A DNA stretch of 40,445 nt from Planctomycetaceae bacterium (GTDB lineage: Bacteria; Planctomycetota; Planctomycetia; Pirellulales; UBA1268). The DNA is taken from assembly GCA_046074885.1 (NCBI GenBank), contig JBJTPA010000133.1, positions 1 through 40,445 of the forward strand. The letters are read 5' to 3'. Both the position numbers and the translations under genes were made by a program. Shown one piece after another: positions 33,471-40,342 of this stretch. A model generated the notes under the pieces. It was not told where the DNA came from. It did no database searches and was given only the letters and a program-made list of their open reading frames with translations. The stretch's first letter is position 1. The number at the start of each line of letters is the position of its first letter.

Positions 33471-34229
33471 ATGCACGGGCGAACGGCCAGGCACGCGACG
33501 CTCCGGGAATGCATCGCGCGGACGCAGGCCGCGTGTCCGGTCGGGCTTGGTGCGGCAGGCGGCTGGCGGGCGATCGCCGCGCGGCGGCGCTGGCTCGACC
33601 GAGACCCGGCCCCTGTTCCGACGCAGGCCGCGGCGGCGGTGGCCGTGGATCCAGGGCAGGTCCGCGGCGAGGAACTGGCGCGTGTCGAGGCGGTCCTGCT
33701 CCTGGCACGCGAGCCGCTCAACGCCCGCCGGCTGGCGAAGCTGGCCCGGCTCCCCGACGGTTCCCGGGCCCGGGCGATCGTGCAGGAATTGCGGCGGATG
33801 CAGGAGGCGGGCGGCTCGGCCGTGCGGGTCGAGCAGATCGCGGGCGGCTTCCAGTTGCTCACGCGGGCCGCCTTCGGCCCGTGGGTCCGGCGGCTCACGC
33901 AGTCGGCGCCGCGGGCCCGGCTGTCGGGGTCGGCCCTGGAGACTTTGGCGATCGTCGCCTACCGCCAGCCGGTGACGCGGGCGGAGATCGAATCGATCCG
34001 CGGCGTGGGCAGCGAGGAGATGCTCCGGCAACTGATGGAGCGGGACTACGTGGCCATTGGCGGGCGGGCCGAGGATCTCGGACGCCCCAACGTCTACGTG
34101 ACGACGCGGCGGTTCCTCGCGGCGTTCGGGCTGTCGAGGCTGGAGGACCTGCCGCCGATCGAATCACTCGCGGCCGAGCCGCCCCCCGCCGGGGCCGCCG
34201 AGGCCTTTCCGGACGCCGAAACGGGCTGA
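33471..34229 (+). CDS. scpB: Segregation and condensation protein B
   Basis: VEAVLLLAREPLNARRLAKLA, GFQLLTR, LSGSALETLAIVAYRQPVTRAEIESIRGVGSEEMLRQLMERDYVAIGGRAEDLGRPNVYVTTRRFLAAFGL. ATG 33471; the N-terminal ~60 aa are an unconserved extension. Confidence 0.88.
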   Translation: MHGRTARHATLRECIARTQAACPVGLGAAGGWRAIAARRRWLDRDPAPVPTQAAAAVAVDPGQVRGEELARVEAVLLLAREPLNARRLAKLARLPDGSRARAIVQELRRMQEAGGSAVRVEQIAGGFQLLTRAAFGPWVRRLTQSAPRARLSGSALETLAIVAYRQPVTRAEIESIRGVGSEEMLRQLMERDYVAIGGRAEDLGRPNVYVTTRRFLAAFGLSRLEDLPPIESLAAEPPPAGAAEAFPDAETG

Positions 34230-34425
34230 CAGCGTCGTTCCGCGACGGCCGCGGTGCGGTCGTCGAGGGGCCGTCTGCCGGGCCGCGGGCGGCACGGACG
34301 GCACCGGGTCCGGCCCGCTTCCGGCATGGGAATTTTTTGGCCGGCGATTGGACGGCGTGCGGCCGATCGGGTACAGATTTTGACCGTTGTCCGACTGCAC
34401 TGCTGTCCCGAGGGAGGTCTTTGCC

Positions 34426-34824
34426 GTGACGATCGTTTCCAGCGACCGGGGTGATGTGGATGCCCTGGCTGCAGACGTGTTCTCCTGGAGCGAGCTCCCG
34501 GACCTGCTCGCCGCGGAGGACCTGTTCGCGGCCCGCGCGGCGGACGTCGTCGCCCGTGGCGACGACGACGAAGAGGACGAAGAAGAAGACGATCTCGAGG
34601 ACGATGACGACTTCGAGGACGACGAGGAAGAGGAGTCCGACGAGGAGGAAGAGGACGAGGACCTCGAAGAGGACGACGAGTGGGAGGAGGTCGATGACGA
34701 GGAGGAGTCGGACGAGGACGAGGAGTCCGACGACGAAGAGGAGGACGATGAGGAGTGGGAGGACGACGAGGAGTGGGAGGACGAAGACGAGGACGAGGAG
34801 GACGATGAGGACGACGACGACTGA
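34426..34824 (+). CDS. Extremely acidic small protein (~45-aa N-terminal segment plus ~87-aa Asp/Glu tail)
   Basis: AGGGAGG (34411-34417) upstream of GTG 34426. Tail from nt 34561 is almost entirely D/E, punctuated by W/F/L/S (DDEWEEVDDEEE, DDEEWEDDEEWEDEDEDEEDDEDDDD). Confidence 0.6.
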   Translation: MTIVSSDRGDVDALAADVFSWSELPDLLAAEDLFAARAADVVARGDDDEEDEEEDDLEDDDDFEDDEEEESDEEEEDEDLEEDDEWEEVDDEEESDEDEESDDEEEDDEEWEDDEEWEDEDEDEEDDEDDDD

Positions 34825-34833
34825 CGTCGATCG

Positions 34834-36195
34834 TCACCGCGTCGTATCGGACGACGGCGGGCGCTCCTGCAATTCCAGTCTCGTGACGACGCCGCTGCGA
34901 TCCACGTCGATCGCCACCGTCCCCTTCGCGGCCCGCATTCGCGCGATCATGTCGTCGTGATCGGCCGGCGCGGTTCCGTCGACCGCGACGATCCGGTCTC
35001 CGACGAGCAGTCCCGCGGCCGCGGCGGGCGATTCGGGTGCCACCTGCACGACCACCGGTGCTCCGGCCTCGCCTGGATCGGGCCGTGAGCCGATACCCCA
35101 CCGTCCCCGCGGCTTGTCCGGTGCGAGCGGCGCGGGCGTCTCGAGGGCCCGCCGCATGGCGTCGGACTCGGCGCGCGAGTCGGCGCGGAACACGGGCGGC
35201 GCGTCGGCGTCGACGACCGACCGCACGACGCCGAGCGCGAGCCGGGCCACCGGCTCGATGCCGTCGAGATTGACGAGATGGGCGTCGTCGCTCGGCCGGT
35301 GGTACTCGTCGTGGAGCCCCGTGTGGAACATCACCGTGGGGATGCCGGCGAGGATGAAGGGGTAGTGGTCGGAGTCGTCCTCGATCTTCCACATGAACGC
35401 GAGCGTGAGGCCGGCGGCGTTGGCGGGATCGCTGTTGGCGCGGGTCACCGCGGCCCGGAGGCCGGCGGCCGTGCGGGTGCCGTAGACCTCGAGCCGCCTG
35501 CCGCGGAGCCGGCCGATCATGTCCATGTTCACCGAGAAGACGATCGAGGCGTCGGCGACGGGCGCGGGCCGCACGCGGAGGAAGTGCCGCGACCCCAGCA
35601 GCCCCTGCTCCTCGCCGTCCCAGAAGGCGACGAGGATCGGCCGCCGCGACCGGGGTGCGAGCCGCGCGAGGGCCTCGGCCACCTCGAGCAGGCCGGCCAC
35701 GCCCGAGGCGTTGTCGTCGGCGCCATTGTGGATCAGGCCGACCGGGCCGAAGCTGGTGTCCTCCTTGCCGTAGCCGACGTGGTCGTAGTGGGCGCCGACG
35801 ACGACGAGCTCGCGGGCGAGCGCGGGGTCGCCGCCCGGCACGAGTGCGAGGACGTTGCGGAGGGATCCGAACGACTGGTACCAGGTGCCGCCGTCTCCGG
35901 CCGGCCGCAGTTCGAGCTTCTCGAGTTGCTCGACGATGTAGGCCGCGGCCGCGCGACCGCCCCGCGTGCCCCCCTCGCGGCCCTCGAACGAGTCGTCGGC
36001 GAGCACGCCGACGTGGCGGCCGGCGTCGGCGGCGCGGATGCCGGCGTGGGCCTCCGACAGGATCTCAGCGCCGGCCGCAGCCGTCGCGCAGCCCGCCACC
36101 AGGATCGCCGCGAGCCCGGAGTACGGCACCCGAACGGCGTGGAATCGCCAGGCAGCATGGATCTGCGGGGTGATGCGGGTTCGGTTTCGGGTCAC
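34834..36195 (-). CDS. M28-family aminopeptidase lipoprotein with C-terminal PDZ domain
   Basis: Lipobox LVAGC. M28 metal-ligand motifs GAHYDHVG, GADDNASG, FWDGEEQGLLGSRHF, NMDMIG, SDHYPF, YHRPSD. PDZ segment APVVVQVAPESPAAAAGLLVGDRIVAVDG. Confidence 0.88.
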   Translation of the reverse strand: MTRNRTRITPQIHAAWRFHAVRVPYSGLAAILVAGCATAAAGAEILSEAHAGIRAADAGRHVGVLADDSFEGREGGTRGGRAAAAYIVEQLEKLELRPAGDGGTWYQSFGSLRNVLALVPGGDPALARELVVVGAHYDHVGYGKEDTSFGPVGLIHNGADDNASGVAGLLEVAEALARLAPRSRRPILVAFWDGEEQGLLGSRHFLRVRPAPVADASIVFSVNMDMIGRLRGRRLEVYGTRTAAGLRAAVTRANSDPANAAGLTLAFMWKIEDDSDHYPFILAGIPTVMFHTGLHDEYHRPSDDAHLVNLDGIEPVARLALGVVRSVVDADAPPVFRADSRAESDAMRRALETPAPLAPDKPRGRWGIGSRPDPGEAGAPVVVQVAPESPAAAAGLLVGDRIVAVDGTAPADHDDMIARMRAAKGTVAIDVDRSGVVTRLELQERPPSSDTTR

Positions 36196-36338
36196 GGCCG
36201 GGAGACTTCGGGTGGTGCGCCGGAGGAGATGGGTGGCGACTCGGTGAAGTGTAGGTGTGCGGTGGCGGGGCGAGTCCAGCGGAAAAACGGTCTTCCCATT
36301 TTTGGGGCCGCTCTCCGCCGCGAAGCCACGACGGCTGC

Positions 36339-36367
36339 TTGCGGATGCCCGTGTTCGCGGCGAGAAT
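36339..36367 (+). promoter_or_regulatory. Candidate sigma70-type promoter for tRNA-Ser
   Basis: TTGCGG (36339-36344), N17, GAGAAT (36362-36367), 11 nt before the mature tRNA 5' end. Confidence 0.3.
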
Positions 36368-36378
36368 GCCGAAGGTTC

Positions 36379-36468
36379 GGAGAGGTGGCAGAGCGGTCGA
36401 ATGCGCGTCTTTGCTAAAGACGTGTCCGGTCAAAAGCTGGACCGCGGGTTCGAATCCCGCCCTCTCCG
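36379..36468 (+). tRNA. tRNA-Ser (anticodon GCU)
   Basis: Acceptor GGAGAGG/CCTCTCC, 3-bp D stem GCA/TGC, anticodon stem CGTCT/AGACG with loop TTGCTAA. Long variable arm (class II), T arm GCGGG-TTCGAAT-CCCGC, discriminator G. No encoded CCA. Confidence 0.93.
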
Positions 36469-36647
36469 TTTTTCGGTTTCGCGCTCCGGCGCAATGAGCC
36501 GCCGGGCGTCAGGCCCGGCCTGAATGACCCGCGGGCCCAGGTGCGGCGTAGGAGCGGGAGGCTGCCACCATCGCCATCCCGGCCCAGGGTTTGCCAGTTT
36601 GCCCCTGGCGGCATTCGTTCTCGTCTTTTTCGGACGAGGTGCGCACC

Positions 36648-37677
36648 ATGGCGGACGACGACGCGAGCGGGAATGGCGTGGACGGCCGGGGGGTCTGCGG
36701 GCCCGGGCCGCGGTTACTCGACCGCGTTCGACGCGCGATCCGGCTCCGGCATCTTTCGCCGAGCACCGAAAAGGCCTACGTGCACTGGGCCAAGCGATTC
36801 ATCCTGTTTCACCATAGGCGGCCGCCCCGGGGAGATGGGTGAGGAGGAGGTGCGGGAGTTCCTCACCCACCTCGCCGTCCGTGGTAATGTGGCCGCTTCA
36901 ACACAGAATCAGGCTCTTGCGGGCCTGTTGTTCCTCTACGAGAGGGTGCTCGAGCGACCGCTCCAGGATCTGGGGCCCGTGGTGCGGGCGAAGCGGCCGA
37001 CGCGGCTGCCGTCCGTGCTGAGCCCGGAGGAGGTGCAACGGGTGCTCGGCTGCCTCAAGGGGCAGAATTGGATCGTGGGCATGCTGCTCTACGGGGCGGG
37101 GCTCAGGCTGCTCGAGGCCCTGCGGCTGCGGGTCAAGGACCTCGACATGCAGCGATCGGAACTCTTGGTTCGGGAGGCCAAGGGCAACAAGGATCGTGTG
37201 ACGGTGATGCCTGAGTGCCTGCGGAAGCCTCTCGCGAGGCATCTCGAGGAGCGACGCCACTGCCACTTGTTGGAAGTGGACAGGGATCGGGGCCGGGTGG
37301 TGCTGCCGGGCGCGTTTGCCCGCAAGAACCCGGCGGCCGAGCAGGATTGGGTCTGGCAGTGGGTGTTTGCGGCGAAGACGGACTTCCGGGATCGGGAGAC
37401 GGGCCGTTTCTACCGCCATCATCTGCACGAGACGGCGATCCAGCGGGCGGTGCGGGAGGCCGTGATCAAGGCGGGGATCACGAAGCGGGCGACGTGTCAC
37501 ACGTTTCGTCATTCCTTTGCCACCCACCTCCTGTTGGACGGCTACGACATCCGCACGGTGCAGGAACTGTTGGGGCACAACGACGTGAAGACCACGATGA
37601 TCTACACCCACGTGCTGAACCGCGGCGGCCGTGGCGTCCGCAGCCCCGCCGACCGCTTGGCCGGGCCGTCCTCCTGA
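36648..37677 (+). pseudogene. intI: Integron integrase IntI, interrupted by a +1 frameshift near nt 36825-36832
   Basis: N-terminus in the frame of ATG 36648 ([38 protein letters not shown], stop at 36840). The rest is in the next frame ([29 protein letters not shown]...). Tyr-recombinase motifs [55 protein letters not shown]. IntI-specific insertion [24 protein letters not shown]...RHHLHE. Confidence 0.88.
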
Positions 37678-37766
37678 CCTCCGCCGTGGCGACAGTGGCC
37701 CGAGCGATCCGCGGCAAGTCGGAGACGGCCGGGCCTAGGCACGCTGCGTCTCCCGGCCGCCAATCT

Positions 37767-37794
37767 TTGCGATCCCGTTTATCCAGTAGATAAT
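37767..37794 (+). promoter_or_regulatory. Candidate cassette promoter (Pc-like)
   Basis: TTGCGA (37767-37772), N16, GATAAT (37789-37794). Lies between the intI stop and the first cassette and points into the array. Cassette 1 has only 18 nt between its boundary and its ATG, so it needs an external promoter. Confidence 0.3.
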
Positions 37795-37849
37795 GCGGCC
37801 AAGGCGTCCACGGATACGCATCGCGTCGCAACGGAACCAAAGTCGCCAC

Positions 37850-37940
37850 AAAGACTTTCTCTTGCGACGCCCTCGACCATCCGTCACGTTATCGAGCCAA
37901 GCCGGCCGGCTTCCAAGGGCCGCACAATCACTGGTTCGAC
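37850..37940 (+). other. attI region; crossover core GTTCGAC at 37934-37940
   Basis: GTTCGAC (37934-37940) is the exact reverse complement of R'' GTCGAAC (38222-38228) of the first attC, which defines the attI/cassette-1 junction (G|TT at 37934|37935). The extent of attI upstream of the core is a guess. GTT-containing half-site-like words occur at 37887 (GTTATCG) and 37828 (ACGGAAC). Confidence 0.45.
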
Positions 37941-37952
37941 CGAAAACACGCT

Positions 37953-38213
37953 ATGGGCTTGAGCACCGTTGAGTTGATCATGGCCGTCGAGGACGAGTTC
38001 GGCATTGAGCTCGCGGAAGCCGATGCAGCAAAGCTCGCGGTGCTTGGTGAAATGCACGCGCATATTGTTCAAGCGATTCGGCAGCGTGGCGAGTCTCCCA
38101 ATGAGACAGATGTGTGGGAAAGACTGAGGGCCATCGTCGTCGAGCAGCTCGGTGTCCAACCTGCCGAGGTGACGCGAGCAGCACATCTCGTCAAAGATTT
38201 AGGAGCCGACTGA
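37953..38213 (+). CDS. Cassette 1 ORF: ACP-like (phosphopantetheine-binding-fold-like) 86-aa protein with permuted segment order
   Basis: Residues 1-45 (GLSTVELIMAVEDEFGIELAEADAAKLAVLGEMHAHIV) resemble ACP helices II-IV. Residues 50-86 (VWERLRAIVVEQLGVQPAEVTRAAHLVKDLGAD) resemble ACP helix I up to the DLGAD of the DSL motif. Confidence 0.6.
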   Translation: MGLSTVELIMAVEDEFGIELAEADAAKLAVLGEMHAHIVQAIRQRGESPNETDVWERLRAIVVEQLGVQPAEVTRAAHLVKDLGAD

Positions 38214-38221
38214 CAAATCTG

Positions 38222-38309
38222 GTCGAACAAGGCAATGCAGCGGACTCGCGATAAAATCGGTCCTGATGGAGACTCCAAGGTCGCGAGCCGCTGATTGCCG
38301 GCGTTCTGG
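38222..38309 (+). repeat. attC site 1 (88 bp)
   Basis: R'' GTCGAAC (38222-38228), R' GTTCTGG (38303-38309). Stems GGCAAT/ATTGCC, CAGCGG/CCGCTG and CTCGCGA/TCGCGAG, with single bulged G and A on the R'' arm. Confidence 0.85.
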
Positions 38310-38323
38310 ATACCGGGTTCGCC

Positions 38324-38352
38324 TTGGCCTGATGCCTGTTCTCGCGTACACT
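38324..38352 (+). promoter_or_regulatory. Candidate cassette-internal promoter (cassette 2)
   Basis: TTGGCC (38324-38329), N17, TACACT (38347-38352), 28 nt upstream of the antitoxin ATG. Confidence 0.35.
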
Positions 38353-38380
38353 TGGATATGCCCTTGGTGAGACCCCATCC

Positions 38381-38587
38381 ATGACCAGTGCCGTCCGCGA
38401 CCTTCTCCGGTCCTTTCAGTCGCTCAGCGATGCGGAAAAGCATGAAGCTGCCAGCCTGCTGCTGAGGCAGGTCGTGCAGGGCGAAGCGGGCGACATAGGC
38501 AACGATGCTCTTGTCGCCGTCGCCGAGGAGTTGTTTCTCGACCTAGACGCGCGAGAGGCTGGCGATGGCGAATCCTCTCCGCGGTGA
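38381..38587 (+). CDS. Cassette 2: putative antitoxin (68 aa)
   Basis: Small acidic ORF immediately upstream of the MazF/PemK-like toxin and overlapping it by 23 nt. No motif recognised beyond context. Confidence 0.6.
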   Translation: MTSAVRDLLRSFQSLSDAEKHEAASLLLRQVVQGEAGDIGNDALVAVAEELFLDLDAREAGDGESSPR

Positions 38588-38882
38588 AGTGTGGCTCGTC
38601 GACCTGGGCATGGTCGCAAAGATCCGGCCCTGCTTGATATTCAGTGTCCCGGCGGTTGGCCCCAATGACAGGGTGCTCGCGACCGTTGTCGCCCACACAA
38701 CAAGCGCGAGGGGATCTGGTTTTGAGGTCGCGGTTCCAGCCCAATTCCTAAAGCCAGGCGTCTTTGATGCGCAGAACATCATCTCGATCCCACACGCCAA
38801 ACTTGTGCGGCGCCTTGGCGTGCTGGCACCCGACCAGATGGATGCGGTTGCGACGGTTGTTCGTAAATGGCTTGGCCTGTAG
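38565..38882 (+). CDS. Cassette 2: MazF/PemK-family type II toxin (endoribonuclease)
   Basis: N-terminal RGEVWLVDLG...KIRPCLIFS and overall ~105-aa SH3-like pattern typical of PemK/MazF. Confidence 0.82.
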   Translation: MANPLRGEVWLVDLGMVAKIRPCLIFSVPAVGPNDRVLATVVAHTTSARGSGFEVAVPAQFLKPGVFDAQNIISIPHAKLVRRLGVLAPDQMDAVATVVRKWLGL

Positions 38883-38892
38883 CGGTGTGAGT

Positions 38893-38982
38893 CCAGAACC
38901 ACGCGATGCAATGGACTCGCGGGCATCATCGTGGGCGATGGTTGAGTCGGGGGCCGCGAGCCATTGATCGCCGATGTTCCGT
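38893..38982 (+). repeat. attC site 2 (90 bp)
   Basis: R'' CCAGAAC (38893-38899) is the reverse complement of GTTCTGG at the cassette-2 start. R' GTTCCGT (38976-38982). Stems GCGAT/ATCGC, CAATGG/CCATTG and CTCGCGG/CCGCGAG with bulged G and A. Confidence 0.9.
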
Positions 38983-38999
38983 GAGACAGTGAATCCGTT

Positions 39000-39473
39000 A
39001 TGAGTGCGATTTACGTCGAGACGTCGATTGTTGGGTACCTGACCGCTCGATCCGCGTCCGACGTTGTATTTCAAGCCCGCCAAGAACTGACACGTCGCTG
39101 GTGGCAACAGCGTCGCGAGGGATTTGACCTCTACATCAGCCAGTTGGTGCTTGATGAGGCTGGGGCGGGCGATCCCGCGGCAGCAGCGGACCGCCTGCGT
39201 CTCCTCGAAGGCTTGCCGCTCCTTGGCGAATCGGCGGAAGCTGACCGACTTGCCGATCTCCTCATCGCCCGGCATCTGTTGCCAGAAAAAGCAGCGGCAG
39301 ATGCCCAGCACGTCGCCTTGGCGGCCACCGCTGGCGTAGACTACTTGCTGACTTGGAACTGCAAGCACATCGCAAATGCGGATTTGCTGCCCGCCCTGTA
39401 CGAGACGTTCAGAGCCGAAGGGTTCCTGCCGCCGCTGATTGTCACGCCCGAGGAGTTCTCCGATGCTGGTTGA
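39000..39473 (+). CDS. Cassette 3: PIN-like (VapC-type) toxin-family protein, 157 aa
   Basis: IYVETSIVGYLTAR..., LVLDEAGAGD, AADAQHVALAATAGVDYLLTWNCKHIAN. Acidic residues lie at the positions expected for a PIN fold. Confidence 0.78.
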   Translation: MSAIYVETSIVGYLTARSASDVVFQARQELTRRWWQQRREGFDLYISQLVLDEAGAGDPAAAADRLRLLEGLPLLGESAEADRLADLLIARHLLPEKAAADAQHVALAATAGVDYLLTWNCKHIANADLLPALYETFRAEGFLPPLIVTPEEFSDAG

Positions 39474-39672
39474 ATCGCTTTACGCGGATCCCGTGGTGGC
39501 CGAAATCCACGAGGTGCGCCGTCGTCTCCTCGAAGCTTGTGGCGGCGAAGTCGCAGAGTTTCGGCGGCGGCTGCGTGAGCGGGAGAAGGCCTCCGGCAGA
39601 GAGATCGTGTCGGGCTCTGTGAAAAAGCACACGGAACCACGCGATGCAATGGACTCGCGGGCATCGTCGTGA
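39463..39672 (+). CDS. Cassette 3: small partner protein (putative antitoxin), 69 aa; last 14 codons lie inside attC 3
   Basis: ATG 39463 overlaps the end of the PIN-like ORF. MLVESLYADPVVAEIHEVRRRLLEACGGEVAEFRRRLREREKASGREIV. The stop at 39670-39672 is inside the attC. Confidence 0.6.
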   Translation: MLVESLYADPVVAEIHEVRRRLLEACGGEVAEFRRRLREREKASGREIVSGSVKKHTEPRDAMDSRASS

Positions 39673-39720
39673 ATGACGAGTAGCTCTGTGGCCGCGAGCC
39701 ATTGATCTTTGCCGTTAGCC
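39631..39720 (+). repeat. attC site 3 (90 bp)
   Basis: R'' ACGGAAC (39631-39637) is the reverse complement of GTTCCGT at the cassette-3 start. R' GTTAGCC (39714-39720). Same stem/bulge architecture as attC 2. Confidence 0.9.
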
Positions 39721-39733
39721 CACGGGTGAGACG

Positions 39734-39762
39734 TTGGCGGCGGTCGTCGCTGGCGGTATACT
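39734..39762 (+). promoter_or_regulatory. Candidate cassette-internal promoter (cassette 4), would give a near-leaderless mRNA
   Basis: TTGGCG (39734-39739), N17, TATACT (39757-39762). The antitoxin ATG at 39770 is 7 nt after the -10 element. Confidence 0.35.
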
Positions 39763-39769
39763 GACGTCC

Positions 39770-39970
39770 ATGGGCACAGTGGAAGAAATCGAAGCCGCGA
39801 TCCAGCAGTTGTCGCCTGACGATATGGCGGCGTTTCGCGCTTGGTATGCGGAGTTCGATGCGGCTGCGTGGGATCACCAGATCGCCGCTGATGATGCTGC
39901 AGGTCGGCTTGATTGGCTGGTCCAAGAAGCCCTCGACGACCTGGACGCAGGCCGCTGCACCGATCGATGA
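39770..39970 (+). CDS. Cassette 4: antitoxin (66 aa)
   Basis: MGTVEEIEAAIQQLSPDDMAAFRAWYAEFDAAAWDHQIAADDAAGRLDWLVQEAL. The stop overlaps the toxin ATG (ATGA). Confidence 0.7.
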   Translation: MGTVEEIEAAIQQLSPDDMAAFRAWYAEFDAAAWDHQIAADDAAGRLDWLVQEALDDLDAGRCTDR

Positions 39971-40230
39971 AGCATCGAGCAAGCCCGCGTTTCTGGCGTC
40001 ACTATCGGGCTTTGCCAGATGAGCTTCAGCAGTTGGCGGATCGCGGCTATCAGTTGCTGCTTCAGGATCCGCGTCACCCGTCCTTGCATTTCAAGCGGAT
40101 CGGAAGGCTTTGGTCGGTCCGTGTAGGACTGCATCATCGCGCGCTAGCGGTCGAACGTGATGGAGAGATGGTCTGGATCTGGATTGGTAGCCACGCGGAG
40201 TATGACCTATTGCTCCGACGCAAGGGCTAA
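39967..40230 (+). CDS. Cassette 4: RelE/ParE-superfamily type II toxin (87 aa)
   Basis: FWRHYRALPDELQQLADRGYQLLLQDPRHPSLHFKRIGRLWSVRVGLHHRALAVERDGEMVWIWIGSHAEYDLLL. The TAA stop (40228-40230) lies inside R'' of attC 4. Confidence 0.78.
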   Translation: MKHRASPRFWRHYRALPDELQQLADRGYQLLLQDPRHPSLHFKRIGRLWSVRVGLHHRALAVERDGEMVWIWIGSHAEYDLLLRRKG

Positions 40231-40314
40231 CCACACGATGCAAAGGACTCGCGGGCATCGTCGTGGGTGATTGCTAACCCGTGGGCCGCGAGCCTTTGAT
40301 CTTTGCCGTTCTGG
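40225..40314 (+). repeat. attC site 4 (90 bp)
   Basis: R'' GGCTAAC (40225-40231) is the reverse complement of GTTAGCC at the cassette-4 start. R' GTTCTGG (40308-40314). The middle stem is CAAAGG/CCTTTG, a compensatory double change relative to CAATGG/CCATTG in attC 2 and 3. Confidence 0.9.
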
Positions 40315-40342
40315 CGAGCCTCTGAGCATCCTCGGGTGATTG

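Noticed and set aside
34561-34821. Tandem DNA repeat or microsatellite in the GAC/GAG/GAA-rich stretch
   Set aside because: I could not define a fixed repeat unit by eye. The periodicity is codon-level (Asp/Glu codons) within an ORF that has a good SD. It is treated as a low-complexity coding region.
36541-36830. N-terminal ~95 aa of track ORF 36541..37677 as the true IntI N-terminus
   Set aside because: That stretch ([17 protein letters not shown]...) has no integrase similarity. The real IntI N-terminus ([33 protein letters not shown]) is in the adjacent frame starting at ATG 36648, hence the frameshift call.
36379-37677. Phage-type or genomic-island integrase integrated at a tRNA gene
   Set aside because: Adjacency to tRNA-Ser suggested an island integrase. 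However, the protein has the integron-specific insertion and is followed by attC-bounded cassettes. No direct repeat of the tRNA 3' end was seen within the window. An island context beyond the window cannot be excluded.
37828-37893. An additional ORF-less cassette or attC between intI and cassette 1 (ACGGAAC ... GTTATCG)
   Set aside because: The arms flanking these words are not complementary, with no L''/L' pairing and only a 5-bp GTCGC/GCGAC stem. The resulting cassette would be about 47 bp. These words are more likely IntI-binding half-sites within attI, if anything.
38069-39982. Minus-strand ORFs across the cassettes (38069..38443, 38543..38929, 38748..39368, 39341..39982)
   Set aside because: Each crosses one or more attC sites or cassette boundaries and is antisense to ORFs with recognisable TA-family motifs. 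No motifs of their own were recognised.
38222-40314. CRISPR array (regularly spaced ~90-bp repeats)
   Set aside because: The repeats are imperfect internal palindromes of 88-90 bp with GTT/AAC core boxes. They are spaced 369-738 bp apart, with ORFs in between. This is attC/cassette geometry, not 25-40-bp CRISPR repeats with 30-40-bp spacers.
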